A stretch of 63,397 nt of DNA, the filler included, from Lenisia limosa (Eukaryota; Protista; Breviatea), in the NCBI GenBank assembly GCA_001655205.1. It is 11 parts of 11 records of this genome, joined end to end, with 100 filler letters (N's around TTAATTAATTAA, not from the genome) between each part and the next. Parts side by side here need not be neighbours in the genome. Positions count along the whole stretch, not along the records: positions 1 to 8,274 come from LPNZ01004928.1; positions 8,375 to 11,705 come from LPNZ01002236.1; positions 11,806 to 13,612 come from LPNZ01000256.1; 8 more parts are not named here. One strand, written 5' to 3'. The translations under genes and the position numbers were made by a program. Below, piece after piece: positions 1 to 12,121 of the stretch; positions within the stretch are counted from its first letter, which is position 1; each line of letters starts with the position of its first letter. The notes under the pieces are model-generated. The model did not search any database and was not told where the DNA came from. It worked only from the letters and a program-made list of their open reading frames with translations.

Positions 1-27
1 GCAGCATGACCCTGGAGCCCCAACCAG

Positions 28-1719
28 CCTGTCCGTCCGACTCGTGTGACACCTCTTGCACGTGCTACAGAGATTGGTGGGAGTTGGTTTTGGGTTTGGT
101 TCAACGTCATTTGTATGAGTTGTGGGAGTGGTGGGAGTTAGGCTAAATTGTGGGAGAGGTTTAACATGAGTTCTATTAATCCCCCCCTCCTCAATTCTCA
201 CCTTGCATAGCATGTCATCCAGTTCTGCTGATTTCTGTGCTGCTAACTGCTGTACATTCGATACCTGTCATGCCAGGTACGTGGTGCTTCGGGTGTATAT
301 TATATTATACATACTAAGTGATAAGTCAACCTTGTTGCAGCAATCAGCAGGAAAATAAACTATTTTTTTTTTTTTTTTCATTCTCCAGGTTTTTATTTTC
401 TTTTTACTCTGTAGACATCCCGTCATGGATCATCTGGACTNNNNNNNNNNNNNNNNNNNNNNNNNNNNNNNNNNNNNNNNNNNNNNNNNNNNNNNNNNNN
501 NNNNNNNNNNNNNNNNNNNNNNNNNNNNNNNNNNNNNNNNNNNNNNNNNNNNNNNNNNNNNNNNNNNNNNNNNNNNNNNNNNNNNNNNNNNNNNNNNNNN
601 NNNNNNNNNNNNNNNNNNNNNNNNNNCACCAGACCCTCCTTTCTGCTCTCGAAAAGGCCTGTAACGTCATCTGGACCGACTACAGTCTCAAGGTGGGGGG
701 AGGGTAGAAGGGGGTTCTAAACGGGAAAGCAATGGTTAATCGTAATGCTATACAAAATTGGCCCAACTCTTTCCACAAAATCGCTCTTTCCCTTAAGAAT
801 AATATACGATATGTGGATTGTTGCTCGCTTCTGTGGGAGCTCTGTGTTGCGAATTCTGTAAAAAACAAAAACAAGATTCGTATTCTTGTCATTTGAACAA
901 ACGTTGCCTTGTATTTTATGCAGTATAATCAGTGACCGTGATAAGTCTTGACCGATTGTCCTGGGGAAATCACCAAAGCGGTCAAGTCTTATCCCGGTGA
1001 CACTACATACATTATACTGGCACTCTTATCTCATCGTCAGTTTTTAACGTGATTGGATAAAATGGTCGTTAAAATTTCCGTCTCTACAACAACACACCCT
1101 TTTTCTCCATATTCACCACGATGAAATAGCCTTTTTGACCCCCCCCCCCNNNNNNNNNNNNNNNNNNNNNNNNNNNNNNNNNNNNNNNNNNNNNNNNNNN
1201 NNNNNNNNNTCTAAGACAACCCTTTTTCTCTACTTTTACCATAATGAATTTTTTCAATATATTTTCCAATATTTTGTTCTAAAACCTTGCACTCATTTAC
1301 TCACATATTTATCACATTGAATCTCCTCTCTAAGACCTTCAGCACACCCTGGCCTATGGGCATCTTTGCCTCCTTGACACTTTCGACAATCTCTCCCTTG
1401 AGGCCATGACTGCCAAGTTGGCCAAGGCTTGTTAGATTTTTTCGAACAAGAAAATGTATATTACCAATCTGTGGACTAAATAAGCATCGGGAATCCAAAA
1501 ACAAATATCCATACTGCTGCCATACAATAGACTCCTATGTTTTAATGGTTTGGACCCACACTAAATCATCATGTAGTAATATAGTATATTATATTATATA
1601 TATATACTACATGTATACATATATATATATATATTATATCATATGATATATCATAATATCTTTTGTTTTTGAAGAAGTTCAATGAGCGAAATTCCTTTGA
1701 AGTGGCGATTTTCTTTTGA
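28..1719 (+). CDS. Hypothetical multi-exon gene, 3' part, unknown product
   Basis: Coding-like exons bounded by AG/GT: DIPSWIIWT (~415-440), HQTLLSALEKACNVIWTDYSLK (~627-692), DLQHTLAYGHLCLLDTFDNLSLEAMTAKLAK (~1333-1426), FNERNSFEVAIFF* (to 1719). Family not recognised. Confidence 0.4.
930..1004. mobile_element. Family B Tc1/mariner-like MITE
   Basis: CAGTGACCGTGATAAGTCTTGACCG...CGGTCAAGTCTTATCCCGGTGACACT hairpin. Confidence 0.75.
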
Positions 1720-2020
1720 AGAACCCTGTGGAACGAACATTGAAATAATAATAAATACCAATAGACTTAGAAAACCGTGTAAGCTAAATAGCTAGTTGTG
1801 GGGTGAGATGAGGGAACGAGTTTCTTCGTCGTGCCGCTTTGAGAGGGAAATTTGACGCTGTAGAGTAAGTGAAACGTCACTGAGAGGCTTCTCGGCGAAA
1901 GCAAAAACTGGCTTTCGATAAAAACTCGTGACTATCGATGTTATGTTCCCTTTCACACGGCAAAATGTTAAGGGAATTTGCGTAGATTACAAAACAGATA
2001 CTTCCAAAAGTTAACCGATC

Positions 2021-5000
2021 TCATCGAGTATTTATAAATTCAGAATTTTTGAGAGCCGCTCTTTGATGTACTGATATAATTGAGAAATGTGAAGTGGAAC
2101 CCCCTCACCTCCATTCTGTCAATGCACGCCATCCAACAAAAATATAACAATAAACTAACTTACCTGGACAATCATGAGTACTGTGGCGGTGGGAAGAATT
2201 TCAAAGAAGAAGTNNNNNNNNNNNNNNNNNNNNNNNNNNNNNNNNNNNNNNNNNNNNNNNNNNNNNNNNNNNNNNNNNNNNNNNNNNNNNNNNNNNNNNN
2301 NNNNNNNNNNNNTATTGACTGATATAATTAACAAAGCCAAGGCCAGTGTGGCTTCTTCCATAGTTAACTTAATACCAACCAACCTATAGTAGCTGGAAAT
2401 ATACCACCCCCACCAACCATATAGCTGGAATAATAATAGTCCATATCATCGTCATTGTTCCATTCACCTGGGGTGTCAAAATGTTCGAATCCAAGGGGTG
2501 TGTTGTTGATTAATACGGCAAAAAAATAAAAAATTAGGTTGTATCTGGCCGAGGCCGTCCAGAGAAGCACGCTTCAGGTACGGTAAAATATTATTCAAAT
2601 AATTGTTTGCCTTATCAATACGTCACATAGTTGTATCCGTGGCTCCCCAAAAATAATAGTTAAAGCGATGTTTTAGAGCACTCTCATTATTAAATATTTT
2701 TTTTCAGAAATTAGTACTGCATCTTCTCTGGTTGATAAAAATAGTAGAATTGCCAGGGGGGGGGGGGGGGGGNNNNNNNNNNNNNNNNNNNNNNNNNNNN
2801 NNNNNNNNNNNNNNNNNNNNNNNNNNNNNNNNNNNNNNNNNNNNNNNNNNNNNNNNNNNNNNNNNNNNNNNAATATAATTGGTTCAAGAATGCTGAAGCA
2901 ATTCGGCCACAAACCCATTTTATCTTGAAGCACATTAAGGTTGAAGTAGAAGAGAATACTCCATATTGACCGGAGAAGAACAACTGTGCCGTACGCGATC
3001 ATGCTAAAAAGGAACAGTTTCGCCTAAATCATCAGACCAGGGAAAGATGATTTCGAAGCTATCATTTACTCATTTTAAATGGTCTTTCAAAAATTAGAAA
3101 AAGCCTATGAGCGACTTACATAATGCTCATGCTGCTTGCTGTGGGTCATTTTAGACTGGATCAAATTATACGCCTTAGCCACATACACTGCCATCACTGG
3201 AGGTTAGAAAAATCATACCCACCAACAATCAACACGAATAATAATATACAGTGACCCGGTTTTTTCTTGACCTTTTTTCCAAAAAATCTAACAGTAAATC
3301 GGTCAAGACTTTTCCCGGTCTACTATGTATGCATCCCCGCCTACAAACAACGAGAAATGCCATGACAGAGCCAGGAGCAAGGGCAACGTCTTTGTCGTAA
3401 TCCTTAACCTCCACTTCGTCTAAATTGTCATATCGTGTGATATAATAATTCTAGGTTATCAGATACGTCTTCTACATTTTATAAACAAAATGAAGAGATC
3501 TCTAGTGGAGGGGGGGGGTCGAAATATCACATATCAGACAAGATCTTACGGTCAGAAAGCCAAGAAAAGACTTCCCTCTTAACCAAAATAGTTTTTTGGT
3601 TAAGACTTTTAATAAATGCGATATCCTTGTTAGCCAATATAATCTGTAAATTTAGCAAAGGTAACGCTTTTCCGTGACAGAGTGGAAATATATGGCCTAA
3701 TTCAGAGAAAATTGGATAAACAGAAATCATATCCTCATATTGAGCTTGGGTGGGTGGGGTATTTGGGTGTGAATAATGCAAGGCCACACAGACTTTTTGA
3801 GCGACGAAGTAGTATCACACACACAGCCAAACTTCCAACTACATAGGTGAAAAGGGCGAAATTCCGCAATCACAAAGAACAAAAGACAAACAAAAAATAT
3901 GATATGTTTTTGATGGGGTGTCCCCCCTCCCAGCCAACCGCAGTAAAAAGTAAAAAGGGGGTAGAGGACCTTCTTTACTTTATTCTAAGATGTAAGGGAA
4001 TATCATATAACTCTGCCCGCAGAAGGGTTATACGTAGATGGGAAATACAAATAGGTTGTTACCGAAGCCCTCCGATATTGTTATCGGATATTATCCATCA
4101 CATTACTTTCGTAAATATATAGATATAGTATGTATGATACGTATATTAATAATAGTAGAAGAAGGACTAAGAGTTCAAACAGAATTTAGTGAAGTTGATT
4201 TCTAGAGCGGGGAAGGGGGGGTATAATTGACAGCTTATGGAACAATAGCCCAAAACAACTCGGTAAATTCCATGTTAACCATCATACAGCTTTGTCTTCG
4301 AGAACAAATGAAAGCTTCGCCAACTGCAGAACGAACATAGTGAATCTGAATTTCGGTGAAGTGTTGTTGGGATTTACTAATGTTGGCGATATCTAAGAAA
4401 GAAACCAAAAAAAAGGCAAAACTATCATCTAAAAAAGAAACCAAAACAAGGCAAAACTATCATCTACCAAAACAAGGCAAAACTATCATCTTAGGGGAAT
4501 GAGGCATTGGCCTAAAAAGTTGACCCATTGCATGTGTTTATGATTTGAGTTAAGCATAATATGGTTTGCAGCAGGGCTTCACTTCGGTTCAAAAAAATAT
4601 CGACAGATTTCGAGGGTTTATCGAAATTTCAGTCTTTTTTCGAACCGAAATGAAGCCCTAGGTTTGCAGAGATGAGAAATGAACGGAGCATCTGGCAGAA
4701 GCCACCCATATAACCCACATCATAAAATATATTCGATTATAGCTTGCATAATACCAATTCACCCAATCATTTTCCTTACAAAGTTAAATAAAATAAAATC
4801 GAAGCTTACGTGAGGAATTGGAGATAGACAGGGAAAAGAGACATGAAGAAGAGAAACCAAAACAGGCTCCAAGATTCAATGTAAACAATTGAGGTGAACG
4901 TCCGAAGGCACATTTGAGTCAGAATTACCAGTAAGATGTTCATCTGGTTGTGTTAACAACAGAAATTGAAGCTCAGTGCTCAATAGTGGAAATGACAAGT

Positions 5001-5722
5001 GGTAGAGAGTAGTGGCAAAAAAGACGTAATACCTCACGACTATTATGTATCTAGAGAAAGTGATATTTTGACTACCTTTTCTGATACTTTTCAGACCCTT
5101 TCAGATAAGATATGCATGGAACACGGTAAACAACAAACGACAATAAAAATGGGTTGAATCTGACCGAAGTAGTCCACATCATTGCGCTAATAAGTGATAC
5201 TGGCTATAGTTGTTTATATAATTGTCTTATAGCTATCACATTCAACTGATAATTAACTTTATAATATAAATTATGATGTTTAATTCAGTATTGCTTTGAT
5301 CTTATCAGAAAAACTCGAGGACTTACCTTAAAACACCACGATTTCTTTTGTAGAAACGTTTGGACCATAACAAGAAGTGTCCAAATGCTAAGAATCCCAT
5401 AAGCAACACCTGAAACAATTTAGTTCATGTATCACGGGGGAAGTACAGGCTGTATTTTGTTCACAAAACTAGAATACTATGTGATTAAAGTAATCAATAT
5501 CTGAAATGAGCCATCCGTCTCGAAACTTGATTGCTTTTTGTTCCTTATCTGGGAAAAAACACTATTCACATATTCAGTAAACCAACTCTCTCCTTAAATT
5601 GTTTTGTATTTTTTGAATTATGTACAATACAATTTTCTTGTTAAATAATATCCCCCTCCGTACCTAGAGTCCATAGTTGCCAGGCATTTGTTCCGAGAGC
5701 CGAGGGGGCTAGATGCTCACGC
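2021..5722 (-). CDS. Multi-pass membrane protein, GPR137/TOM1-like (start not located)
   Basis: Phase-compatible hydrophobic exons: REHLAPSALGTNAWQLWTL-GVAYGILSIWTLLVMVQTFLQKKSWCFK, MNILLVILTQMCLRT, FTMFVLQLAKLSFVLEDK, MIAYGTVVLLR, FFFEILPTATVLMIVQ-NG-VHQRAALKNSEFINTR*. The last TM resembles the GPR137 WELLPT helix. Confidence 0.55.
3249..3325. mobile_element. Family B MITE
   Basis: TA-CAGTGACC...GGTCAAGACTTTTCCCGGTC. Confidence 0.7.
4405..4491 (+). repeat. Tandem repeat x3
   Basis: (ACCAAAACA)AGGCAAAACTATCATCT repeated three times. Confidence 0.8.
4572..4660. mobile_element. Family A hAT-like MITE
   Basis: TIRs AGGGCTTCACTTCGGTTC / CGAACCGAAATGAAGCCCTA; flanked by GGTTTGCA(G) direct repeats. 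Confidence 0.85.
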
Positions 5723-5949
5723 TAAAATGTAAGGGACGTGTTGTAAATAGGGCTTCCCACTTGTTGAGTATATATATTTCCTTATACTAACAATGATATT
5801 GCTGCTTTTATAGGGAATGTTGAAGAGGCATACGCTGATCGTGATAAGTTTTGTCCGTTTTCCCCCCTTGTTAGAGAATCGCGGTGACAAATAGTGTAAT
5901 TTGACACTATGGTATGCCTATGTAATATTGTATATTCAGGGTAAGCATT

Positions 5950-6068
5950 CAGAAAGCAGTGTGTATAGAGTTGTAAGGTAAATGATTGGGAATTAATATT
6001 ACATTTTAATCTATCTCTTAGAATATTATATAAGCATGATTGGACGGCTTCGGCTTTCTCATCTCTAC
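5950..6068 (+). repeat. Family C dispersed repeat
   Basis: CAGAAAGC.GTGT.TA..GTTGTAAGGTAAATGATTGGG...TGGACGGCTTCGG..TTTCTCATCTCTAC. Confidence 0.8.
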
Positions 6069-6590
6069 ATATTCTTGCTTCCAATAAACCATTTACGTTC
6101 AATGGCATCCCCTCAAACCGAGGTGTCACCCCCAACTATCATTGAAACTTTCCTCTATCTAAATGAATAAGCAAAGTAATAAGCTATCTAAATGAAAAGT
6201 AGATGAAGTTCAACTAGAAGGTATGAAAATTCATGCCCCCCCCCCCCTCTTACTGAACTTTCACTACAATCTTTTAAGTCCCGTTTTGCTATTGTCAATA
6301 AACTAAGGGATGCTTCTTTCAAACACTCAACGCCAAGATCGAGGAGTACAACTCGGTAGGTAGTAACTCTATTTATATGTTGGGGGGGGGGGTGTTAGTT
6401 TGGGTGGTGGTGATGTTAATTTATTATGGTGCACCAGCAGCGTTAATTAGGAGAACGTAGTAGAGTCTGGGAGGTAGAGAGTTTTGTTGGTGCAACATTT
6501 TAGTAATAAGACGAAAGTAATCAAAAGTAATTACTTCTTTTAACCAACTTTTTTCTAGAAAAGTGTCCCTTTTGTTGCGATTTAACAAAT

Positions 6591-8112
6591 ATGGATAGTG
6601 TAGACAAAGTTTTCAAGGATACCACTCGGTAAGCCTCTTTCAGGGAATACTCATTTACCTTCTGTAGCTTTAAGGAGGCCATTAAGCTCCTGAATATTGT
6701 GGATGTTAAGATTTTAACGAAATTGGCCGAGCGTTCCCTTGACGAAGTGGTATGATCCTCCTCAGCTTTCCTGGGTTCTAACCCACTCCTGCAGGATGAC
6801 TCTCTGTCCAAGGAAGAGATGGGCAAATTGGAAAAGAGTCTCGAATTAAATGAAGAGGCCATCCTCACAGTGATCTTTGGCATTTCTCACATCTTCAACC
6901 AAGCAATTTACTATGTTCTGTCTCCGAAGAAACTTGTCACCCAGCTCAGGCAAATGGTTTGAAAATGGGGAAATAATATTAGCAGAATGTTTATTGCGTT
7001 AATCTTGTGAAAAAAGCATTCCTGGTTTTTGTATGATACGTTTTGTTGTTATCTGTATGTCGTGAAGAACTACCACAATGGCTTTTGATTTGACCTTCTC
7101 CATGTTTTTGTCTTCATAGTGGAGTTTGATATAGCTTAGAATGGACTATAATATATTANNNNNNNNNNNNNNNNNNNNNNNNNNNNNNNNNNNNNNNNNN
7201 NNNNNNNNNNNNNNNNNNNNNNNNNNNNNNNNNNNNNNNNNNNNNNNNNNNNNNNNNNNNNNNNNNNNNNNNNNNNNNNNNNNNNNNNNNNNNNNNNNNN
7301 NNNNNNNNNNNNNNNNNCAATGATAGTCTGTTCCTCAAAAGCAGGTTTTGACAACCCTTTCATTTGGCTTATAACCCTTCTATATATTTTTGGGATCAAG
7401 AAAATATAAATATAATCTAGGGATTATGATTTCACTTCGACCGAAACCGAATCGAATCGAAGTGAAACAATACTAGGGATACTATAAAACAATATCATGC
7501 ACTTTGCACCGTAAATATATACTATCGATATTTGAGGGGATTTAGATACCCAGTTATTTTCTGTAACTTTGTACTCCATAACCACTACTCACTACTCACT
7601 ACTCTCAGTGATATACTTTGGTATGTATTTGTAATTGAGTGAAGCTATAATAATATGCTGGATGAATACAGTCTCTCAGCCACCAATATGCTTTGTCACA
7701 CCCACTTTCCTGGGTTAGCTGAAGTCAATTTTGTTTCTTGATAGCATACTCTTTCTTCATACTTGATAGCCGCTTCTCTCCCAAAAGCACCTCATTTGTT
7801 AGTGTTATGAATCAATGGTCCCTTATTTTTTTCAGCATGTACAACGTACTCTTTTCCGAGGTTATTTTCTTTGGCTATTTGAAATCATTGAGGATGGACC
7901 ATTCACATTAAGTTTTCGGCAATTTATTTGAATTCAAGCACGTTATCATCATGAGTTTTTTTGTTTTTTGTGTTATAAATGTGTACTTTTCATCCTTCCC
8001 ATTTACTTCTCAGGACATGAGCGATAGTAGGATTGAAGTTCTGGTGAATGTTTGGAAGAGGAAGGCCGAAAGAGCGGTTGAGTCCACACGAAATGCGTCT
8101 TTTGCTGCTCCA
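6591..8112 (+). CDS. COMMD10: COMM domain-containing protein 10, N-terminal part (COMM domain lost at contig end)
   Basis: Spliced MDSVDKVFKDTTR-FKEAIKLLNIVDVKILTKLAERSLDE-DDSLSKEEMGKLEKSLELNEEAILTVIFGISHIFNQAIYYVLSPKKLVTQLRQM-DMSDSRIEVLVNVWKRKAERAVESTRNASFAAP follows the COMMD10 helical N-terminus. Confidence 0.8.
7431..7466. repeat. Family A-related mini-hairpin
   Basis: TTCACTTCGA...TCGAAGTGAA inverted repeat. Confidence 0.5.
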
Positions 8113-8374
8113 GTATGTTGTACTGGAATAAATAAAACAAATCATGGTTTTTTTCATGTCATAGACTTAATAAAATCGATTTTGACAATATTCTTCATTG
8201 AAATTCGCTTTGTTTTAACCCCTCCCCCCGAATTTTCACCCAATTCACTGTTATCAGCCAAAAAGAGTTGATTTNNNNNNNNNNNNNNNNNNNNNNNNNN
8301 NNNNNNNNNNNNNNNNNNTTAATTAATTAANNNNNNNNNNNNNNNNNNNNNNNNNNNNNNNNNNNNNNNNNNNN

Positions 8375-8470
8375 AAATGATTGGGTGAATTAATATTATC
8401 TATAATCTAATATCTCTTATGATGGTGTGGACGGCTTCGGTCAGATACAACCTTGTTTTTTTAATTTTAC
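8375..8470 (+). repeat. Family C dispersed repeat
   Basis: AAATGATTGGGT...GATGGTGTGGACGGCTTCGGTCAGATACAACCTTGTTTTT. Confidence 0.8.
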
Positions 8471-8760
8471 ACATGATAAAAGGATGACGGGGGTAAGTAA
8501 TAGGGGTGATTCCCACTTTCATTTGCCCCCTTTACTCCATTCTCACACCCCTTTCCCACACGTATTTTTCTCATCTCTTCCAACTCCATTCTTTCTTTCC
8601 ACTTTACTGCGTTCTTCTACCCACTCATTCTGACCACTCCTCTCCCACTAACTCCATTTTCCCACCCACTTTTTTCCGTCTTCCACCTAGGATAGATGCA
8701 GCAGGCTGAAGTGTGATTATTGGAGGAAATGAACGAAAAAGTACAGGGAAAATATCAAAC

Positions 8761-8846
8761 TAGGGCTTCACTTCGGTTCGGGAAAATATCGATAGTTTTC
8801 GAGGATTTATCGAGAATGTCCCTTTTCGAACCAAAGTGAAGCCCTA
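8761..8846. mobile_element. Family A MITE
   Basis: TAGGGCTTCACTTCGGTTCG...CGAACCAAAGTGAAGCCCTA with the shared ATCGATAGTTTTCGAGGATTTATCGAG core. Confidence 0.85.
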
Positions 8847-9000
8847 AAAAGAAAGAAAAAGAACAGGAAAAAGACCATAATAAACTTNNNNNNNNNNNNN
8901 NNNNNNNNNNNNNNNNNNNNNNNNNNNNNNNNNNNNNNNNNNNNNNNNNNNNNNNNNNNNNNNNNNNNNNNNNNNNNNNNNNNNNNNNNNNNNNNNNNNN

Positions 9001-11705
9001 NAACGGCAGGCTAGATGCTCTAACGGCATTGACAAGATCCTGGGGGAGCGTATCGTTGTTTTTCTCAATGAAACCCTCAGTTCGGTAGGTGACGGGTGCA
9101 GCGTAGTGGGACACTATGAAGGCCTCTTCTTCGCTCAACTGCGACGTTAGGGGTTGCCATCATATAACTAGCATATACATGTAGCTACATATCATATGTA
9201 TATATTTACATATCATATATGTGGGTCCTCAAAGCTCCGACAGCATTCAAAATTCACCGGACACATCAAAACTCCCGGACAGCTTGAAGTTGACCCCTNN
9301 NNNNNNNNNNNNNNNNNNNNNNNNNNNNNNNNNNNNNNNNNNNNNNNNNNNNNNNNNNNNNNNNNNNNNNNNNNNNNNNNNNNNNNNNNNNNNNNNNNNN
9401 NNNNNNNNNNNNNNAGTCACCAGGGGGTGGCCCCTTTTGCCTTTTCACGGGATTTTTTTCTGAATCTATCCCTCTTTTAGTGTTAAGAAACAAAAATTTG
9501 TACCCTTCGGAGTAATTGGTTATGGATTCCCCTTGCTTTGGCTATGTAATGGTGAATTTTGAGAGAAAAATGTTCAAAATAGTGCTTTCTACAAGGGCAA
9601 ACTTTCCGGATAGTTGCCATTTATTCCTTGAATGTGGCCGATTATAACGGTTTTGATTATTTTTGGCAGTTTAAGAGCCGCAAACGGGTAGCCAAGTGAC
9701 TTAATTTGGGTTTGAGCCAAGAATATGTAAAAACCGCATTCAATCCTGTGATTATGACTGAAATTACTTTCGAAAATAACATGAAAATGAAGTTTATAGT
9801 ACTTTTATAGGGAAAATTCAAGCTGTCCGGGAGTTTTGATGTGTCCGGAGATTTTGAATGATGTCCGGAGCTTTGACTATACATACTATATATACTATAT
9901 TACGTACTATTATTAATCATAGCTACACTGATCGTCTTGACCGATTTACTATGTGATTTCACAAGGAAAACCGTCAAGACTTATCCTACTCACTATATGT
10001 ATGAAATGCCCCCACCTTGGGTCCGGCCTTGGCACCCTTTTTCTTCTTGACAAACATGGGAGATTGCAGAAACTTTGACGCTCTATGACAGGCGAACACC
10101 TTCCGACCAAATGTGGCAGCTGTGGCTTTGGGCATGCACGTTTCTTCATCAAGTAGTGACAGAATCCCACCCTTGCCTTCGACCAAATCCAAACAGGGCT
10201 GAAAATCGGTCAGGATTAATAATGCTGAATGTATACAGCATAAGATATGATAATTGTGGTTAAGACTTAAAATATACTACACAACACTACACTACACTAC
10301 ATATCATATCATATGTAGTGTAAAAGTATATGCATATGTACATATCATGTCATAGGCTATGTTTTCACAGTTTGTATTCGTACTGAAAATCAAAATAAAG
10401 TGAGCTTTTGCCCTTTTACTCCACTGAAGATTTCTGTTCTTCATGAACTCACGATAAATTATATCATATACTATCATATACTAGCATACATATGATCATA
10501 TCATATGGTATATGTACACATACGTACATAATTATATATACATATCGATATATAATATATAGTAAACACATCATATCGATATGTATTATGTACAATGTAT
10601 ACAAATGGAATCTGATTATGTCGGTCACGACGGTCACTGAATACATACATAATATCGATATATCATAAACGTCCTTTTTAGCAGAAAAATACAATCAAAT
10701 GTAAATAACCCCAGTGCACCCCCTGTTATAAAAGTTAGGCATGTTTGCGTACCTGATTTTCAGGGTAGTCCACAGGGGTAAACTCAATGTGTTCTTCACG
10801 ATAGACCTAAACGTCATGTTAAATTAAATGACATACAGTTTCATCTTTAGGTTCTACACTATTGAAAATACAGTGTGCATTATTTAGTAGTTTCTGATTA
10901 CTATAAACATAAACCGCACATATTTGTCCAATTAGTGAGCAAGGAGTTTTTATGCAGAGCTCACCTCCTGCTCATGAAGTAACACGGACTTGTTGAAGTG
11001 CTGCTGCAGCTTCTCGTTTGCGTGGTTGATACAAAGTTGTTCAAAGGAATTGGTCTACACCATAAGCTTGAGAGAAGAAAACAAAAACATAGCTGATCCC
11101 TGAAGGTCAAAAATGGACTATTAATAATCCTGGTGCATAGGAAAACACATTATCTTATGATTTGTAAAGTAAGGTTTTTTGAGAGAAAGAATATACCTAA
11201 AATCATGACTTATGGAGAACATTACCGTCAAGCAACCATCAAAATATTACTTCATTTGTCGATAGGACTTCCCTACGGTCCGAAAAAAAAAACCCAGAAA
11301 ATATCGATAGTTTTTGGAGATTTATCGTAATATTTAGTCTTTCATGAGACCACAAGGAAACTCTAGTTGTAGTAAAACAAACCTCAAAATGCTCGAAGCC
11401 GAAAATGTCAAGAATGCCAATAAACTCGCCTGTATCATCCGACTTGGGCTGGAAGGTGAGGGTTTTGAAAACGCTGAAGTTGTTATTTAGAAATTATAAC
11501 TTGAGCCAAAAGTGACAAGTTTTGAAGTAATGAAGTAAAAAAATAGTTGGTATTTTGTGCAGTCAGTGTTTTCGAATAATTCAATAACTGCATCAGCTTG
11601 ATGGATCAATTCTGGTTAACCAACACCCACACGAAGACTAGCGTTGATGGAACTGACAACAGAGTCGAATAATGCAGAATAGAGGGCTTTGGCCAAAGAG
11701 TCCCG
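9001..11705 (-). CDS. Myosin motor domain, internal fragment
   Basis: Exons [127 protein letters not shown]. Class not assignable. Confidence 0.95.
9229..9879. mobile_element. Non-autonomous TIR element (~70-bp TIRs, pogo/Tc1-like)
   Basis: TCAAAGCTCCG..CCGGACACATCAAAACTCCCGGACAGCTTGAA at 9229-9290 is the reverse complement of 9815-9879; the right end reads TA-TAGTCAAAG on the minus strand. Confidence 0.75.
9926..9995. mobile_element. Family B MITE
   Basis: GTCTTGACCGATTT...CGTCAAGACTTATCC..CACTA. Confidence 0.7.
11263..11365. mobile_element. Family A MITE, subfamily A2 (TAGGRCTTCCCTACGGTCC termini)
   Basis: Same core as family A; lies in a myosin intron. Confidence 0.75.
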
Positions 11706-12121
11706 NNNNNNNNNNNNNNNNNNNNNNNNNNNNNNNNNNNNNNNNNNNNTTAATTAATTAANNNNNNNNNNNNNNNNNNNNNNNNNNNNNNNNNNNNNNN
11801 NNNNNATTATTATTATTGTAGTTGTTATTATTATTATTAGTATTAGTATTAGTATTATTATTAGTATTAGTATTAATTAATTATTATTATTTATTTTATT
11901 TTTTTTTGGGGGGGAGGAGGGGGTGTTATGGTTAAAATAAACAATTGTATGTGGGGTAAACAAAGGAGTGTTGGTTTGGATCAGTCACTTCAAATCTCAA
12001 AAGAAATTTATCAATCAATTGCACATATACTACATGTATAATTCCACCACCGTCCTTCTACTTTCCCCTTAAATACTCGGTCCGTTAATTTCCCCGTTAC
12101 TCATTCTAATTTTCCCTGTAG

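Noticed and set aside
3229-3414. ORF resembling a Tc1 transposase GSVM motif
   Set aside because: It is a real exon read through into a family B repeat; no DDE triad.
8500-8685. C/T-rich CCACT-like run resembling telomeric repeats
   Set aside because: No fixed repeat unit; low-complexity intron sequence.
8688-8735. Possible COMMD10 COMM-domain exon with TGA read-through (IDAAG*SV or RLKCDYWR)
   Set aside because: It is on a different contig, similarity is weak, and it is better explained as a small minus-strand myosin exon. All conserved genes use the standard code.
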